Part shown: piece after piece, positions 28,901-45,036 of the stretch | Position numbering within the stretch: the first letter of the stretch is position 1 | Layout of the letters: each line of letters begins with the position of its first letter | From: Eledone cirrhosa | Taxonomy: Eukaryota | DNA length: 64,000 nt | Reading direction: 5' to 3' | Assembly (NCBI GenBank): GCA_964016885.1 | Contig: OZ024747.1 | Span: 87,358,001 to 87,422,000, forward strand | Program-made: the position numbers and the translations under genes | Notes under the pieces: generated by a model | What the model saw: the letters and a program-made list of their open reading frames with translations, nothing else | What the model was told of the DNA's origin: nothing | The model's database searches: none

Positions 28901-29331
28901 ATGTGTGAGCTCGAAATGCCGGAACTTTTCTCCAATGGTTTACGAACTTACCACTTTACATTCAATAAATACAACTCTTGCTGGTGCAAGCCAGCACTAT
29001 TTCCCGTACGCAAAACACGCACACACATACACAAACACACCCACATGCGCACGCACACACGCGCACACATATACGCAAGATAATGACACTCAGACGTTCT
29101 CCACAGGGTACACCATAATTAGTATAATTGTAGATGTGTATATGTGTATATATATATGTGTATATGTATGTGTATATATGTGTGTGTGTGTGTACTAAGA
29201 GAGATGTAGTGTAGAAAGAAAGAAAAAGATGTGGTGTTTTAGTGTGCGCACGCGTATCAGTGTGTGTGTGTCAACACGCACATATATTCAGCAAAACATA
29301 AATATATATACCATTTGTATATACATTTATG

Positions 29332-29378
<47 letters not shown>

Positions 29379-29670
29379 GAGCGTCCGTGTGTATGTATGT
29401 AAGTATGTTTGTATGTATGTATTTATGTATGTATATATGTATATATGTATATATGTAAATATGTATGTGTGATGTACGCACGAGCGTAAATGCACGGATG
29501 TGCGTATGTGTGTGTATATGTGCATGTATGTGTATATGTCTATGCAAGCGCGTGTATGTATCCGGGTTTGTAAAAAAAAAAAAAAGAGATTGTTTGTGTG
29601 TGAGATTGTGCATATGTGTGTGTGTGTGTATCTGTGACTGCTTGTGTGCTTGTGTTTAGGAGTATGTTCG

Positions 29671-29723
<53 letters not shown>

Positions 29724-29838
29724 ATGTGCGCCTATGTTTGAGTGTGTGTGTGGTGTTATAACAACAGTCATATAAAACCGAGCACGTGCGAGACTTTAGC
29801 AAAACACAAGAAATAGCTTAGTCGAACACAGTTATATG

Positions 29839-29878
<40 letters not shown>

Positions 29879-30158
29879 TAAAAATGAAAAAGACAGAAAA
29901 CATTAAAGCTATCATTTTTTCCCTCTTTCTCTTCCTTACTCTGTATATTATTACTTCTTTTTTAAATCCCATCTCTGTCTCTCTCTATCTTTCTCTGGAC
30001 TTTACCCTATATACTTTCTCTTTTTGTTTTCAGTACTACACTCTTCTTATCTCTTCCTTTCCTTTTTTAACTAAAGTGTTCTCCCCCACTTTCTCCCCCT
30101 TCTCTCTCTCTATCTCTCACCCTCTCTCTCTCTCCCTCTCTCTTTTTCTCTCACCCTC

Positions 30159-30209
<51 letters not shown>

Positions 30210-30697
30210 CTCTCTCTATCTCTATCTCTCGGCCTCTCCCAGCCTCTCTCTCCCTCTATCTCCCTCTCTATCTATCTATCTATCTATCTCTATCTCTATC
30301 TCTCACCCTCTCTCCCCCCTCTCTCTCTTTCTCTCATTATCTCTATCTATCTATTTTTCTCTATCTCTCACCCTCTTTATCTGTCACTCATTCATATACA
30401 AAAATATACACAATATATTTCATGTCTGTTTGTTTGTGTAGCACTTTATGAAACTCATATTCATTAACATTACCACCACCACTTTCATCATCATCATAAT
30501 CATAATTCTTATCACCACCATCACTAGCACCACTATTACAAATCTCTCTCTCTCTCTCTGTTTATATATATATATATATTTAGAGAGAGAGCGAGAGAGA
30601 GAGAGAGGGAGAGAGAGAGAGAGAGGGGTATAGAAAGAGAGAGTGATAGAGATTTAATTCAGATGATAGATATATTCAAGGACACACATCTAACTAA

Positions 30698-30733
<36 letters not shown>

Positions 30734-30775
30734 GTATTTGTCCCCTTCTTTTGTGCCCCTGTGGCTAATAAAGAA

Positions 30776-30817
<42 letters not shown>

Positions 30818-30859
30818 GTATTTGTCCCCTTCTTTTGTGCCCCTGTGGCTAATAAAGAA

Positions 30860-30960
<101 letters not shown>

Positions 30961-31074
30961 CAAGGGCATGATATTGACATACGATGTTTGTAGGGCATTT
31001 TTGAACCAGGGGGGAGGGGCATCTCCTCTCCGGGTCTGAATACAGTAGATTTCTTCCAGAGAAGGACAGAGAGA

Positions 31075-31235
31075 ATGGAAATGAGAAAGAGATATAGAGG
31101 AAGAATCGACCCCAGTATTTGACTGGTACTTTTTTTTATCAACCTTAAATGAATGAAAGGCACAGTTGATCTCGGTGGAATTTGAACTCAGCGAGCAGAG
31201 AGTCGGAACAGATACTGTGATGACTGCCAAATCGC
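31075..31235 (-). mobile_element. tRNA-derived SINE, partial
   Basis: Core actggtactttt..tatc.acc...gaaaggca.agttga.ctcgg.ggaatttgaactcag. Confidence 0.7.
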
Positions 31236-31239
31236 CTTA

Positions 31240-32129
31240 CATCCATACATATATACATCCATCCATACATATATACATCCATCCATACATATATACATCC
31301 ATCCATACATATATACATCCATCCATACATATATACATCTATACATACATCTATACATCTATACATACATACATCTATACATACATCTATACATACATAC
31401 ATCATTCATACATACATACATCCATCCATACATCTATACATATATACATCTATACATACATACATACATACATGCATACATCCATACATACATACATCCA
31501 TACATATATACATATATACATACATATATACATCCATCCATACATATATACATCTATACATACATATATACATCTATACATACATATATACATCCATCCA
31601 TACATATATACATCCATCCATACATATATACATCTATACATACATATATACATCTATACATACATACATCTATACATACATCTATACATACATACATCAT
31701 TCATACATACATACATCCATCCATACATCTATACATATATACATCTATACATACATACATACATACATGCATACATCCATACATACATACATCCATACAT
31801 ATATACATATATACATACATATATACATCCATCCATACATATATACATCTATACATACATATATACATCTATACATACATATATACATCTATACATACAT
31901 ACATCTATACATACATACATCATTCATACATACATACATACATTACATACATCCATCCATACATATATACATATATACATCTATACATACATACATACAT
32001 ACATGCATACATCCATACATCCATACATACATACATCATTCATACATACATACATATATACATACATACATCATTCATACATACATACATATATACATAC
32101 ATCTATACATACCTACATATATACATATG

Positions 32130-32160
<31 letters not shown>
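31240..32160. repeat. Compound CATA/CATC/TA minisatellite-like array
   Basis: Seen directly, with internal block duplications. Confidence 0.9.
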
Positions 32161-32165
<5 letters not shown>

Positions 32166-32879
32166 CTTTCTTTTTTTTTCTATTCAACAACCTCTCACTT
32201 TCGTTTATTCTGTTTTCTCGCATTTTTTTTATATTACCCACCCCCTCCACTCCCACCTTTGCATCTTCTTTACTTTTTTATTAATTTTATTTTTGTGCCG
32301 TTTTATCCTAGCTGTAGATTACAACATACACACACCCTATGCTTATATAAACACACATTACATACGCATTCAAAAAATAAACTCATTTTCATACCTTTAC
32401 TCCAGTTACTGTGTCACTTTCCCTCTTTCTCTTTTTCTGTCTCTCTATTGTCTTTCTTCCCTTCTCTTTATTTTGCTTTCTCTCACTCTCTCTCTTTTTC
32501 CCCCCATTTCATTTAATGCTATACATTTCTAATCTCTTTCCCTCTCGCACAACACTTTGATTTCTCCTCCCCTTCCTATTATTATTAATATTATTATCAC
32601 CATTATCATCATCATTTCATCAAGTCTTTGTTTTTTTTCTCACTCATTATAAATCTCTCTACCCTCTCCTCCTTTCACAGTTCTTTCTCTTCTTTTTTCT
32701 TTTTAAAATTCTGTCTGCTCTTTATATATTTCTCCCAATTCCTCTTTCTCTTTCATGTATCTCTCTTTCTCTCTTTACTTCTTGGCCAATCAGAATCGAC
32801 CGACTTCCTACAGTCCGACAGATATAATTATCTTAAATCGAAATGGACTGAAAAGTTGTTTTAATATCGTGAACTCCCG

Positions 32880-32961
32880 ATGGATGTAAAACTGCTCTTG
32901 TTTTTCTTCCTATTTGGACTTAATGAGATATCACAAGGCCCCAGATTCTGTATGACAACAG
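32880..32961 (+). CDS. First coding exon of a secreted or membrane protein (signal peptide MDVKLLLFFFLFGLNEISQGPRFCMTT)
   Basis: Long pyrimidine tract and cAG acceptor at 32793, 5' UTR 32794-32879, ATG at 32880, hydrophobic core, then a phase-1 donor CAG|GTAAAG at 32961/32962. Non-repetitive sequence. No downstream exon identified. Confidence 0.6.
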
Positions 32962-34317
32962 GTAAAGTAAACTAAATAATTTTCAATAAACATGCAGATA
33001 AATAGATAGATAGATAGTTAGCTAGGTACGTAAATTGAATAGAAAAGCAAATATTATACTACACAATTTTAAATGAATGAAGATTAACAAAGTAACAAAT
33101 ATTACTTCAGGATGGTCTTATTTATAGAAAATAAACAGTTTCTATATATCTAATTTTAAAAAATGCCCACAAAACACCGTCTCTTAAACAGGTTTTACTT
33201 TTCATATAGGGTACACCTTCGGATAATCACTTTGTCATTAGACAAAATCTACGATACACCTTTGAAATGACTATTTTTTCCTCATTCTTTTCTTTTGATG
33301 TTTAGTATACAACTAAACTTTTCCACCTTTTTTTTTTAATAAATTTCGTGAGTTAGTCTCGATAATCTTTGTATACAAACAGACGATCAGAAAAACCGCC
33401 AATGTGTTTGTCACATATCTCTTGCACCTTTATGTGAATACCTTAACATGCAACTTTTATTTTCCAACACTTTCATACACATCTCACAATCATATATAAG
33501 TTAAGCTAATTTTTTCTTTATCACGTATCTATCTAATTATCAATTTATCGATCTATGAATCTAATACATCTACTTATCTATGTATCTATCAAATATATCT
33601 ATCTCACTATATAATATGTATATATAAAGGTAATCTTTATTTTAAGATCGAACAACGTACGGTAATTTCCGTGACAATTTTTTAAAGATATTATAAACAT
33701 AATTAAAATCTACACCTTTGAAAATGTATCTTTACAAATTATTTATTATCAAGAACGTTATGAGGAAACAAAGTTAGCTGGGGTGTAACGTCGTATTTAA
33801 TGCTCTGCTACCTGAATTGTCCTTAATAAGATATTTAACTGTCGATAACTTTGTCCGTTTACAAATCATGATGAACCGAGGGTTGTAATATGCATAGAGC
33901 TTCTCTCACCTTACCAAAAATAATAGTGAAGTACTACAAAGTAATCACATATTATATATATATAATACAAAATAATCACATATATATATATAATACAAAA
34001 TAATCACATATTATATATAATACAAAATAATCACATATTATATGTATATATATATATAGAGAGAGAGACAGTTAATTAACCACCACCACCACCACAGACT
34101 TTGCTTTCTAATAACTTTCTTGATAAAATATATTTTGTGAAAATACATTTTCGAGGGTATAGATTACGATTATATTTATAATTTTTATTTTAAATATTGT
34201 CATAAGCAATCACGGAAATGACCGGAAGTAGTGTACGATGTGTAAACGAAGGATTTCCCAATCATGTATAACTTCAACTATATATATATTTTTATTGTGA
34301 CATGGCTACTTTGGAGT

Positions 34318-34430
34318 CTCACCTGTCGACAGGTGAAACCTCAGAGCAACAAGTCGCACCACTTAGCCACAGAATAAAGAATATTTAAACTCTACTTCGG
34401 TATTGAGTACTTATTCTCATACCTGTCAAT
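34318..34430 (+). mobile_element. Truncated Penelope-like terminal remnant
   Basis: Starts with the palindrome TCACCTGTCGACAGGTGA running into GAAAC, then the bulged stem-loop ACUC-UAC(UUCG)GUA-UU-GAGU at 34389-34408. Confidence 0.5.
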
Positions 34431-34541
34431 CAATATCACATAAAATCTATATATCTATACCTATCTATGTAATCTGTTTATCCATTTCATACATCTACCT
34501 ATCTATCAGTATACATACACGTATACACACATGCTCGTATA

Positions 34542-34614
<73 letters not shown>

Positions 34615-34712
34615 ATATACATATATATACATGTATATATATGTATATATATACAGCGATTCTTTGCTTAAACTTTAATCTGTTATTTTAATAAATATAC
34701 ATGTATATATAC

Positions 34713-34743
<31 letters not shown>

Positions 34744-34786
34744 CATATATATATATACATATATATATATACATATATATATATAG

Positions 34787-34819
<33 letters not shown>

Positions 34820-34820
34820 C

Positions 34821-34866
<46 letters not shown>

Positions 34867-34881
34867 GTGCATATATATATA

Positions 34882-34937
<56 letters not shown>

Positions 34938-35141
34938 TAAATATATATATATATATATATATACGTAAACATATATATACGTAAACATATATATATATAC
35001 ATAAATATATATATATATATATGTATATCTATATATACATAAATATATATATACATAAACATATATATACATATATATATATGTGCATATATATATATAT
35101 ATACATATATAAGAACAAAAAATGGTTAAAAGAGTTCCATG

Positions 35142-35212
35142 TATTTTATTATGAACATTTCAAAAACAAATATCATCATGCAATAATATTTGTGTTTTCA
35201 TCAGATAAAACA
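35142..35212 (-). ncRNA. Type I hammerhead (family B), left arm
   Basis: CUGAUGA and GAAA intact; stem III variant AUGUUCAU. Confidence 0.6.
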
Positions 35213-35333
35213 GGAAGACATGATATGAAGATTAAAAAACACTTGTGGATAGTGCAGTTTTAAATCAACATGATATGTTGATTTAAAACTGCACTATCCA
35301 CAAGTGTTTTTTAATCTTCATATCATGTCTTCC

Positions 35334-35404
35334 TGTTTTATCTGATGAAAACACTAATATTATTGCATGATGATATTTGTTTTTGAAATGTTCATAATAA
35401 AATA
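35334..35404 (+). ncRNA. Type I hammerhead (family B), right arm
   Basis: UGUUUUAU-CUGAUGA...GAA-AUGUUCAU-A/AUAAAAUA. Confidence 0.6.
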
Positions 35405-35506
35405 CATGGAACTCTTTTAACCATTTTTTGTTCTTATATATGTATATATATATATATATGCACATATATATATGTATATATATGTTTATGTATATATATA
35501 TTTATG

Positions 35507-35539
<33 letters not shown>

Positions 35540-35565
35540 TTATGTATATATATATATATGTTTAC

Positions 35566-35597
<32 letters not shown>

Positions 35598-35617
35598 GTA
35601 AACATATATATATATAC

Positions 35618-35667
<50 letters not shown>

Positions 35668-35733
35668 GTAAACATATATATATACGTAAACATATATATA
35701 TATATACGTAAACATATATATATATATACATAA

Positions 35734-35768
<35 letters not shown>

Positions 35769-35804
35769 CGTAAACATATATATACATAAATATATATATA
35801 CATA

Positions 35805-35840
<36 letters not shown>

Positions 35841-35928
35841 TATATATATATATATATATATACATATATATATGTACATATATATATATATATAGATATA
35901 TATATATATCTACATATATATATATATA

Positions 35929-35974
<46 letters not shown>

Positions 35975-35995
35975 TAAATATATATATATATATAC

Positions 35996-36063
<68 letters not shown>

Positions 36064-36188
36064 GTAAACATATATATATATACGTAAACATATATATATA
36101 TATATATATACGTAAACATATATATATATATATATATATATACGTAAACATATATATATATAAGTAAACATATATATATATACATAAA

Positions 36189-36220
<32 letters not shown>

Positions 36221-36388
36221 CATAAACATATATATATACATAAATATATGTATATATATATATATACATAAACATATATATATACATAAATATATATGTA
36301 AACATAAATATATACATATATTTATATACATATATATATATGAATATGAATATATATATATGAATATATATATATATATATATATATA

Positions 36389-36426
<38 letters not shown>

Positions 36427-36444
36427 TATATATATATATATATA

Positions 36445-36512
<68 letters not shown>

Positions 36513-36635
36513 TATATATATATATATTCATATATATATATATATTTATATATATATATATGTATATATATATACATATATAATCATATATATATATATA
36601 TACATATATATACATATATAATCATATATATATTC

Positions 36636-36674
<39 letters not shown>

Positions 36675-36694
36675 CATATGTAATCATATATATA

Positions 36695-36759
<65 letters not shown>

Positions 36760-36884
36760 TCATATATATATATATTCATATATATATATATTCATATATA
36801 TATATATATATTCATATATATATATATATTCATATATATATATATATTCATATATATATATATATATTCATATATATATATATA

Positions 36885-36987
<103 letters not shown>

Positions 36988-37077
36988 ATATAAATATATA
37001 TATATTTATATATATATATATATATAAATATATATATATTTATATATATATATATATAAATATATATATATTTATAT

Positions 37078-37114
<37 letters not shown>

Positions 37115-37253
37115 AATATATATATATTTATATATATATATATATAAATATATATTTATATATATATATATATAAATATATATATATTTATATATATATA
37201 TATATAAATATATATATATTTATATATATATATATATAAATATATATATATTT

Positions 37254-37304
<51 letters not shown>

Positions 37305-37385
37305 AATATATATATATATTTGTATATATATAAATATATATATATATATTTATATATATATATATATAAATATATATATATTTAT

Positions 37386-37685
37386 ATAAAATATTAAACA
37401 AATAATGAATAAACAATTCCTTATATTAAACAAAAAAAGTTCATTATTTAACGATCGTTTCTAGGATATATATGTGTTAGAATTGGTATGCATATTCAAC
37501 AGATCTATGTACAAAATTATATTTAATCTTGATAATTTGTATAATTTTGTATAATTTTGTACATAGATCTGTTGAATATGCATACCAATTCTAACACATA
37601 TATATCCTAGAAACGATCGTTAAATAATGAACTTTTTTTGTTTAATATAAGGAATTGTTTATTCATTATTTGTTTAATATTTTAT
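37386..37685. repeat. Fold-back inverted repeat (~135-bp arms), family also at ~52530-52650
   Basis: Arms are reverse complements; the spacer contains slipped tataattttg repeats. Contains GAAACGATCGTT, a possible degenerate HHR 3' half. Confidence 0.85.
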
Positions 37686-37826
37686 CTTGACTCTGTATAC
37701 CGTTTATCTTTCACCGAAAGTGATTTTTCATTACATCTCTTCTTTCCATGATATCCGGAATACATTGAGTTCTTCATACGGATTGGACACTACCGTAAAC
37801 TCTTGGTAGATTTATCTACATATATT

Positions 37827-37863
<37 letters not shown>

Positions 37864-37910
37864 ATATAAATATATATATATTTATATATATATATATATA
37901 AATATATATA

Positions 37911-37956
<46 letters not shown>

Positions 37957-38027
37957 TATATATATATATTCATATATATATATATATTCATATATATATA
38001 TATATATATTCATATATATATATATTC

Positions 38028-38124
<97 letters not shown>

Positions 38125-38125
38125 G

Positions 38126-38167
<42 letters not shown>

Positions 38168-38586
38168 GTATACATAAATTTATATATATATATATATGTA
38201 TATATATATGTATATATGTATATATATATGTATATATATATATATATGTATATATATGTATACATAAATTTATATATATATATGTATATATATATGAATA
38301 TATATATATATGTATGTATATATATATATATATGAATATGTATATATATATGTAAGTATGTATGTATACGTATATACATATATGTATACAGACGTACAGT
38401 AGCATGCATATATATATATATATACATATATACATACAGGTACACATACATATATGCACGCATCAGTTTAGCGGGCGCTTATTATAACGCCGCTTTGTTC
38501 GTTTGTAAACAAACTGAACAGCCTGAATTTATGCCATACGGTGTTAAGGCAACCACGTCACCTTTTTGTTCAACACTGACACAGGA

Positions 38587-38629
38587 ACGATGTACTAGTT
38601 TCAAGCTTGTTAGCTATCATCAGCACCGT
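38587..38629 (-). ncRNA. Minimal type I hammerhead ribozyme, unit 1
   Basis: ACGGUG-CUGAUGA-U-AGCU(AACA)AGCU-U-GAA-ACUAGU-A/CAUCGU. Helix I has 6 bp, stem III is palindromic, and the triplet is GUA. Confidence 0.8.
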
Positions 38630-38866
38630 ATACCCATCTGCCAGATAGTTGAACGTTCGAAAGTATATACTTTCCTCATGAAAATTAACGGCTCAGCAGC
38701 CTAATTTGCATATTGAGTGAGTTAAATCGGTCAGGCATACCGAAAACGATAAGTTGAAAAAAAAATGAAAACGAAATTTCATTTCTCACTCTTAGTATGG
38801 CACTTACTTAAATGTAAGTATGTATGTATACGTACATACATATATGTATACAGACGTACAGTAGCA

Positions 38867-38932
<66 letters not shown>

Positions 38933-39082
38933 CAGGTACACATACATATATGCACGCATCAGTTTAGCGGACGCTTATTATAACGCCGCTTTGTTCGTTT
39001 GTAAACAAACTGAAAAGCCTGAATGTATGCCATACGGTGTTAAGGCAAGCACGTCACCTTTTTGTTCAACACTGACACAGGA

Positions 39083-39125
39083 ACGATGTACTAGTTTCAA
39101 GCTTGTTAGCTATCATCAGCACCGT
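39083..39125 (-). ncRNA. Minimal type I hammerhead ribozyme, unit 2
   Basis: Identical to unit 1; 496 nt apart. Confidence 0.8.
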
Positions 39126-39362
39126 ATACCCATCTGCCAGATAGTTGAACGTTCGAAATTATATCCTTTTTTCATGAAAATTAACGGCTGAGCAGCCTAA
39201 TTTGCATATTGAGTGAGTTAAATCGGTCAGGCATACCGAAAACGATAAGTTGAAAAAAAAATGAAAACGAAATTTCATTTCTCACTCTTAGTATGGCACT
39301 TACTTAAATGTAAGTATGTATGTATACGTACATACATATATGTATACAGACGTACAGTAGCA

Positions 39363-39430
<68 letters not shown>

Positions 39431-39586
39431 TACATACAGGTACACATACATATATGCACGCATCAGTTTAGCGGACGCTTATTATAACGCCGCTTTGTTC
39501 GTTTGTAAACAAACTGAACAGCCTGAATTTATGCCATACGGTGTTAAGGCAACCACGTCACCTTTTTGTTCAACACTGACACAGGA

Positions 39587-39629
39587 ACGATGTACTAGTT
39601 TCAAGCTTGTTAGCTATCATCAGCACCGT
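39587..39629 (-). ncRNA. Minimal type I hammerhead ribozyme, unit 3
   Basis: Identical to unit 1; 504 nt from unit 2. Confidence 0.8.
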
Positions 39630-39865
39630 ATACCCATCTGCCAGATAGTTGAACGTTCGAAAGTATATACTTTCCTCATGAAAATTAACGGCTCAGCAGC
39701 CTAACTTGCATATTGAGTGAGTTAAATCGGTCAGGCATACCGAAAACGATAAGCTGAAAAAAAATGAAAACGAAATTTCATTTCTCACTCTTAGTATGGC
39801 ACTTACTTAAATGTAAGTATGTATGTATACGTACATACATATATGTATACAGACGTACAGTAGCA

Positions 39866-39945
<80 letters not shown>

Positions 39946-39964
39946 TACATACAGGTACACATAT

Positions 39965-41694
<1,730 letters not shown>

Positions 41695-42093
41695 CAATAT
41701 CGGCACACGTATGGGATAGTTCCAGTGCCGTGTTACATACTCACACTTGTACAAAGGGAACATTTACACATTTTTTTACCTGTCACTACTTAAAAGACAC
41801 TAAGGTCTTTTCTAATTACTCACCATACCTTTCTCTCTTAATATTTATTAATGTTTTAGTTTTGTTTGTATATTGCTTTATTTATTTAATTGTTCAGTTT
41901 ATTTATTTATTCTTTTGTCAGCATTTAATAAGTTGCTTTGATTTTTGTTTCCGCTCCAGTAAACAACGATGTTTGCTAAATCAACAAGTGTTGAAAGAAC
42001 GTATAATAAAAATAAAATAACATACAATAATGATTTCTTTAGTGGCCACTGGGACCTACATATGTGGGACAATGCAAAAAGACAGGGACAGTG

Positions 42094-42132
<39 letters not shown>

Positions 42133-42216
42133 TAAAAATTTCTACTATGGGCACAAGGCCAGCAATTTGAGGAGAGGGGTAAGTCGATTAAATCGACCCC
42201 AAATAATAATTGTTTC

Positions 42217-42255
<39 letters not shown>

Positions 42256-43447
42256 TAATAATGATTTCTTTATTGGCCACAAGGGCTGACATCAAGAAAA
42301 ACATTACAGACGGCACAGGACGGTACAGGGCGGTACGATGTGGGTTTTGTGCGTGTAAAGATTTTTATTATTTATATAAGAAAGGAAAAAAAAAAGACAT
42401 AGAAACATATATATATATAAACAATAAAAATGAAGGCCAGCAATTATCACAATACATTACTGGTACTTTATTTTATTGACCCCCTATGAAAGGCAAAGTG
42501 AACCCGATGTTGTTATTGCTGTATTACTAATACGAGTGTGTATTAACTACTTGTTAGCTTTCTCGATACAACCAAGGCGGTGGTGTCATGGCGGGGATGT
42601 CTTTAACAATATAGTTCTATTAGATCAAAGTTGAAGTAGACTTCAACAACGACCAGGAAAATATACGTGGTCGTTCGTTCTGCTAGAAATAGCAATCAAA
42701 TCTTCCTTAAATCACAGATAAAGTGAGAAGGGCAGATATTGTAATGCACTCCACAATCATGATTGTCACGACTGGAATACCCCTTGGTCATGATTCACTT
42801 AGAATTAAAAACAAAAACACAGGATCACACGTTTTAATACTAATGTCACTGCCACCTCCAACTACAATAGCAAATTTATTATTATCATTATTAAAAAATG
42901 TGAGAAGGACTCATTAAATAATGAAGTTCAACTCACCACACCTCCCTCCTAAAAAGTCGTGATTATCACGGCTGGAATACCTTTTCATCGTGGGTCTGTT
43001 CGATCAGTGTTAATAACCTGAGGCTAAATAACACGATCGCACATTTTAATACCAACTACAACTACAACAACACAGCTATTACCACTACCAAACCAACAGT
43101 CACCAATCCTATTTACACACACTAACATTGCTATACCATCCCATTGCCACCCATTGTCGCCAATAGCCCTACTACCTAAAACAAGAACAACCATTAAAGT
43201 ATTACCACTGTCACAACTGGAATTATTACCACTATTTACTGCTGCTGCTGTTGTCTGAGGTGTGTCACTTCTGCCGAGTTCACAACTCTTACCTGAAACT
43301 TTAAATGCACATCGACACTTAAAATAAGTCAGCTATCGTGTTCTGCACAGTTTTATTTTTAATGCAAGGTTTCATATTTATGTTCGCGCGCACACGTCTA
43401 CATGTGTGTGCATATATGTATGTCAATAAGTGTTTTACAAAATATGG

Positions 43448-43522
<75 letters not shown>

Positions 43523-43662
43523 ATACATTAACAGAGAAAGCTTTTAGCGATACTCTGACCAACTCCATCTCACTCAACAAACATTAGGATATACCTGAGT
43601 ATGATCTCAATTATGTGTTTGGGGTGCTAACTATATAGTATTCCGTGGATAGTTGGTTGTAT

Positions 43663-43748
<86 letters not shown>

Positions 43749-43789
43749 TTCTCTTTCTCTCTATTTCTGTTTGTTTGCAGTATATGCAT

Positions 43790-43982
43790 ATAATTGTTTC
43801 TACTTTTGGCACAAGGCCAGCAATAACCCAGTACATTACTGGTACTTTAATTGATCGACCCCGTAAGGATGAAAGGCAAAGTTAACCTCGGCGGGATTTG
43901 AATTCAGAATGGCAAGGGCCGTAACTCTATGCATCAAAGCATGGCGTCTGACCCTTTACCGATACTGCCAATTCACCGCCCT
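43790..43982 (-). mobile_element. Near full-length tRNA-derived SINE
   Basis: Head GGCGGTGAATTGGCAGTATCGG (A box), B box GAATTCAAATC, core and tail. Confidence 0.85.
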
Positions 43983-44959
43983 ATGCATATAATATTACTT
44001 AAAAGAAAAGTTGTGTTGATGTAGAGGCAAAGGGGGAAATGGATTTGGAAAGTTAGCAGAAAAAGTCGAATTTGTTTGCAGTTTGGCCTGTATGTGTGTG
44101 TGTGTGTGAGAGAGAGGGAGAGAGAGAGAGGGGGAGAGGGAGAGAGAGAGAGGGAGAGAGAGAGAGAGAGTGTGTGTATATGTATATGTGGGTAGGGGAG
44201 AATGAAAGAAAGAATAATACTTGTACAGGTAACTGGGCGTTGAAAGACAACTAGCTAACACACACACTTCGACCCAAATAAGTTTCCCGCGGCCATAGAA
44301 ACGTAACTATACTGACGTGACATGTTTGTGAATATACGTACGTGCATATATATATATATAATATAGAAATGGCTTCTACAGGACTAGAACTGTTTCATAT
44401 ATATATGTAGTAATTCCGTCGGAAAGGTCTAGGAAAAAAGAGTGCTCTATGTAGGTTACAGGGCTTAATAGTTATGTAATAAACAACATATTCCTTTTCC
44501 AGTCTCACTTTCATATAGATTATATTTTTGTTTTTAAAATCCAATATTAATAAATACACCAGGATTTTTTCATTCTGATGATTGAAAGCAAAATTTGTTT
44601 GCTTTTGAGAAACCACTGGTAAATGAAATAATTGCCTTATGTTGTTTATTACATAATTGTCCGACAGACAACCTTTTCCCCCACCCCGGAAAAAACCCCC
44701 AGTTGATGGATGTGAATCCGAAATATATAGGGACTATTAAATCTCTCCCAAGGTAACTCCTTTCCTGTGTTGTTATTATTATTTTTACCCTTTCACTCTT
44801 CCCTTCATTCTACACATTTCACACATCTTATACACACCACGCATCTCAACGTACACCCACTTACATATCTCTCTCTCCTCCACCGGACCCTGTTACCCGG
44901 AGATTTACCCATTTGCATTGTCGAGGCATTTACCCATTTGCATTGCAAACGAATTATAA

Positions 44960-45036
<77 letters not shown>

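Larger units (their letters stand above)
34978..35568. repeat. ~590-bp palindrome: family B element plus flanking TA repeats, centre ~35273
   Basis: Arms 35111-35271 and 35275-35435 are reverse complements with at least one mismatch. The symmetry extends into the cryptic TA repeats. Confidence 0.9.

Noticed and set aside
37721-37808. Phase-1 candidate second exon after the signal-peptide exon
   Set aside because: Weak acceptor, contiguous with a repeat arm, and it ends in a stop with no recognisable protein.
38692-38718. GCTC...TATTGAGT in the tandem unit as another copy of the bulged stem-loop
   Set aside because: It is on the strand opposite the hammerhead, the upper stem is irregular, and unit 2 has GCTG; not counted.
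38495-39704. Repeated 66-147 aa ORFs in the tandem array
   Set aside because: No recognisable domain; frames depend on (TA)n length and stops differ between units.
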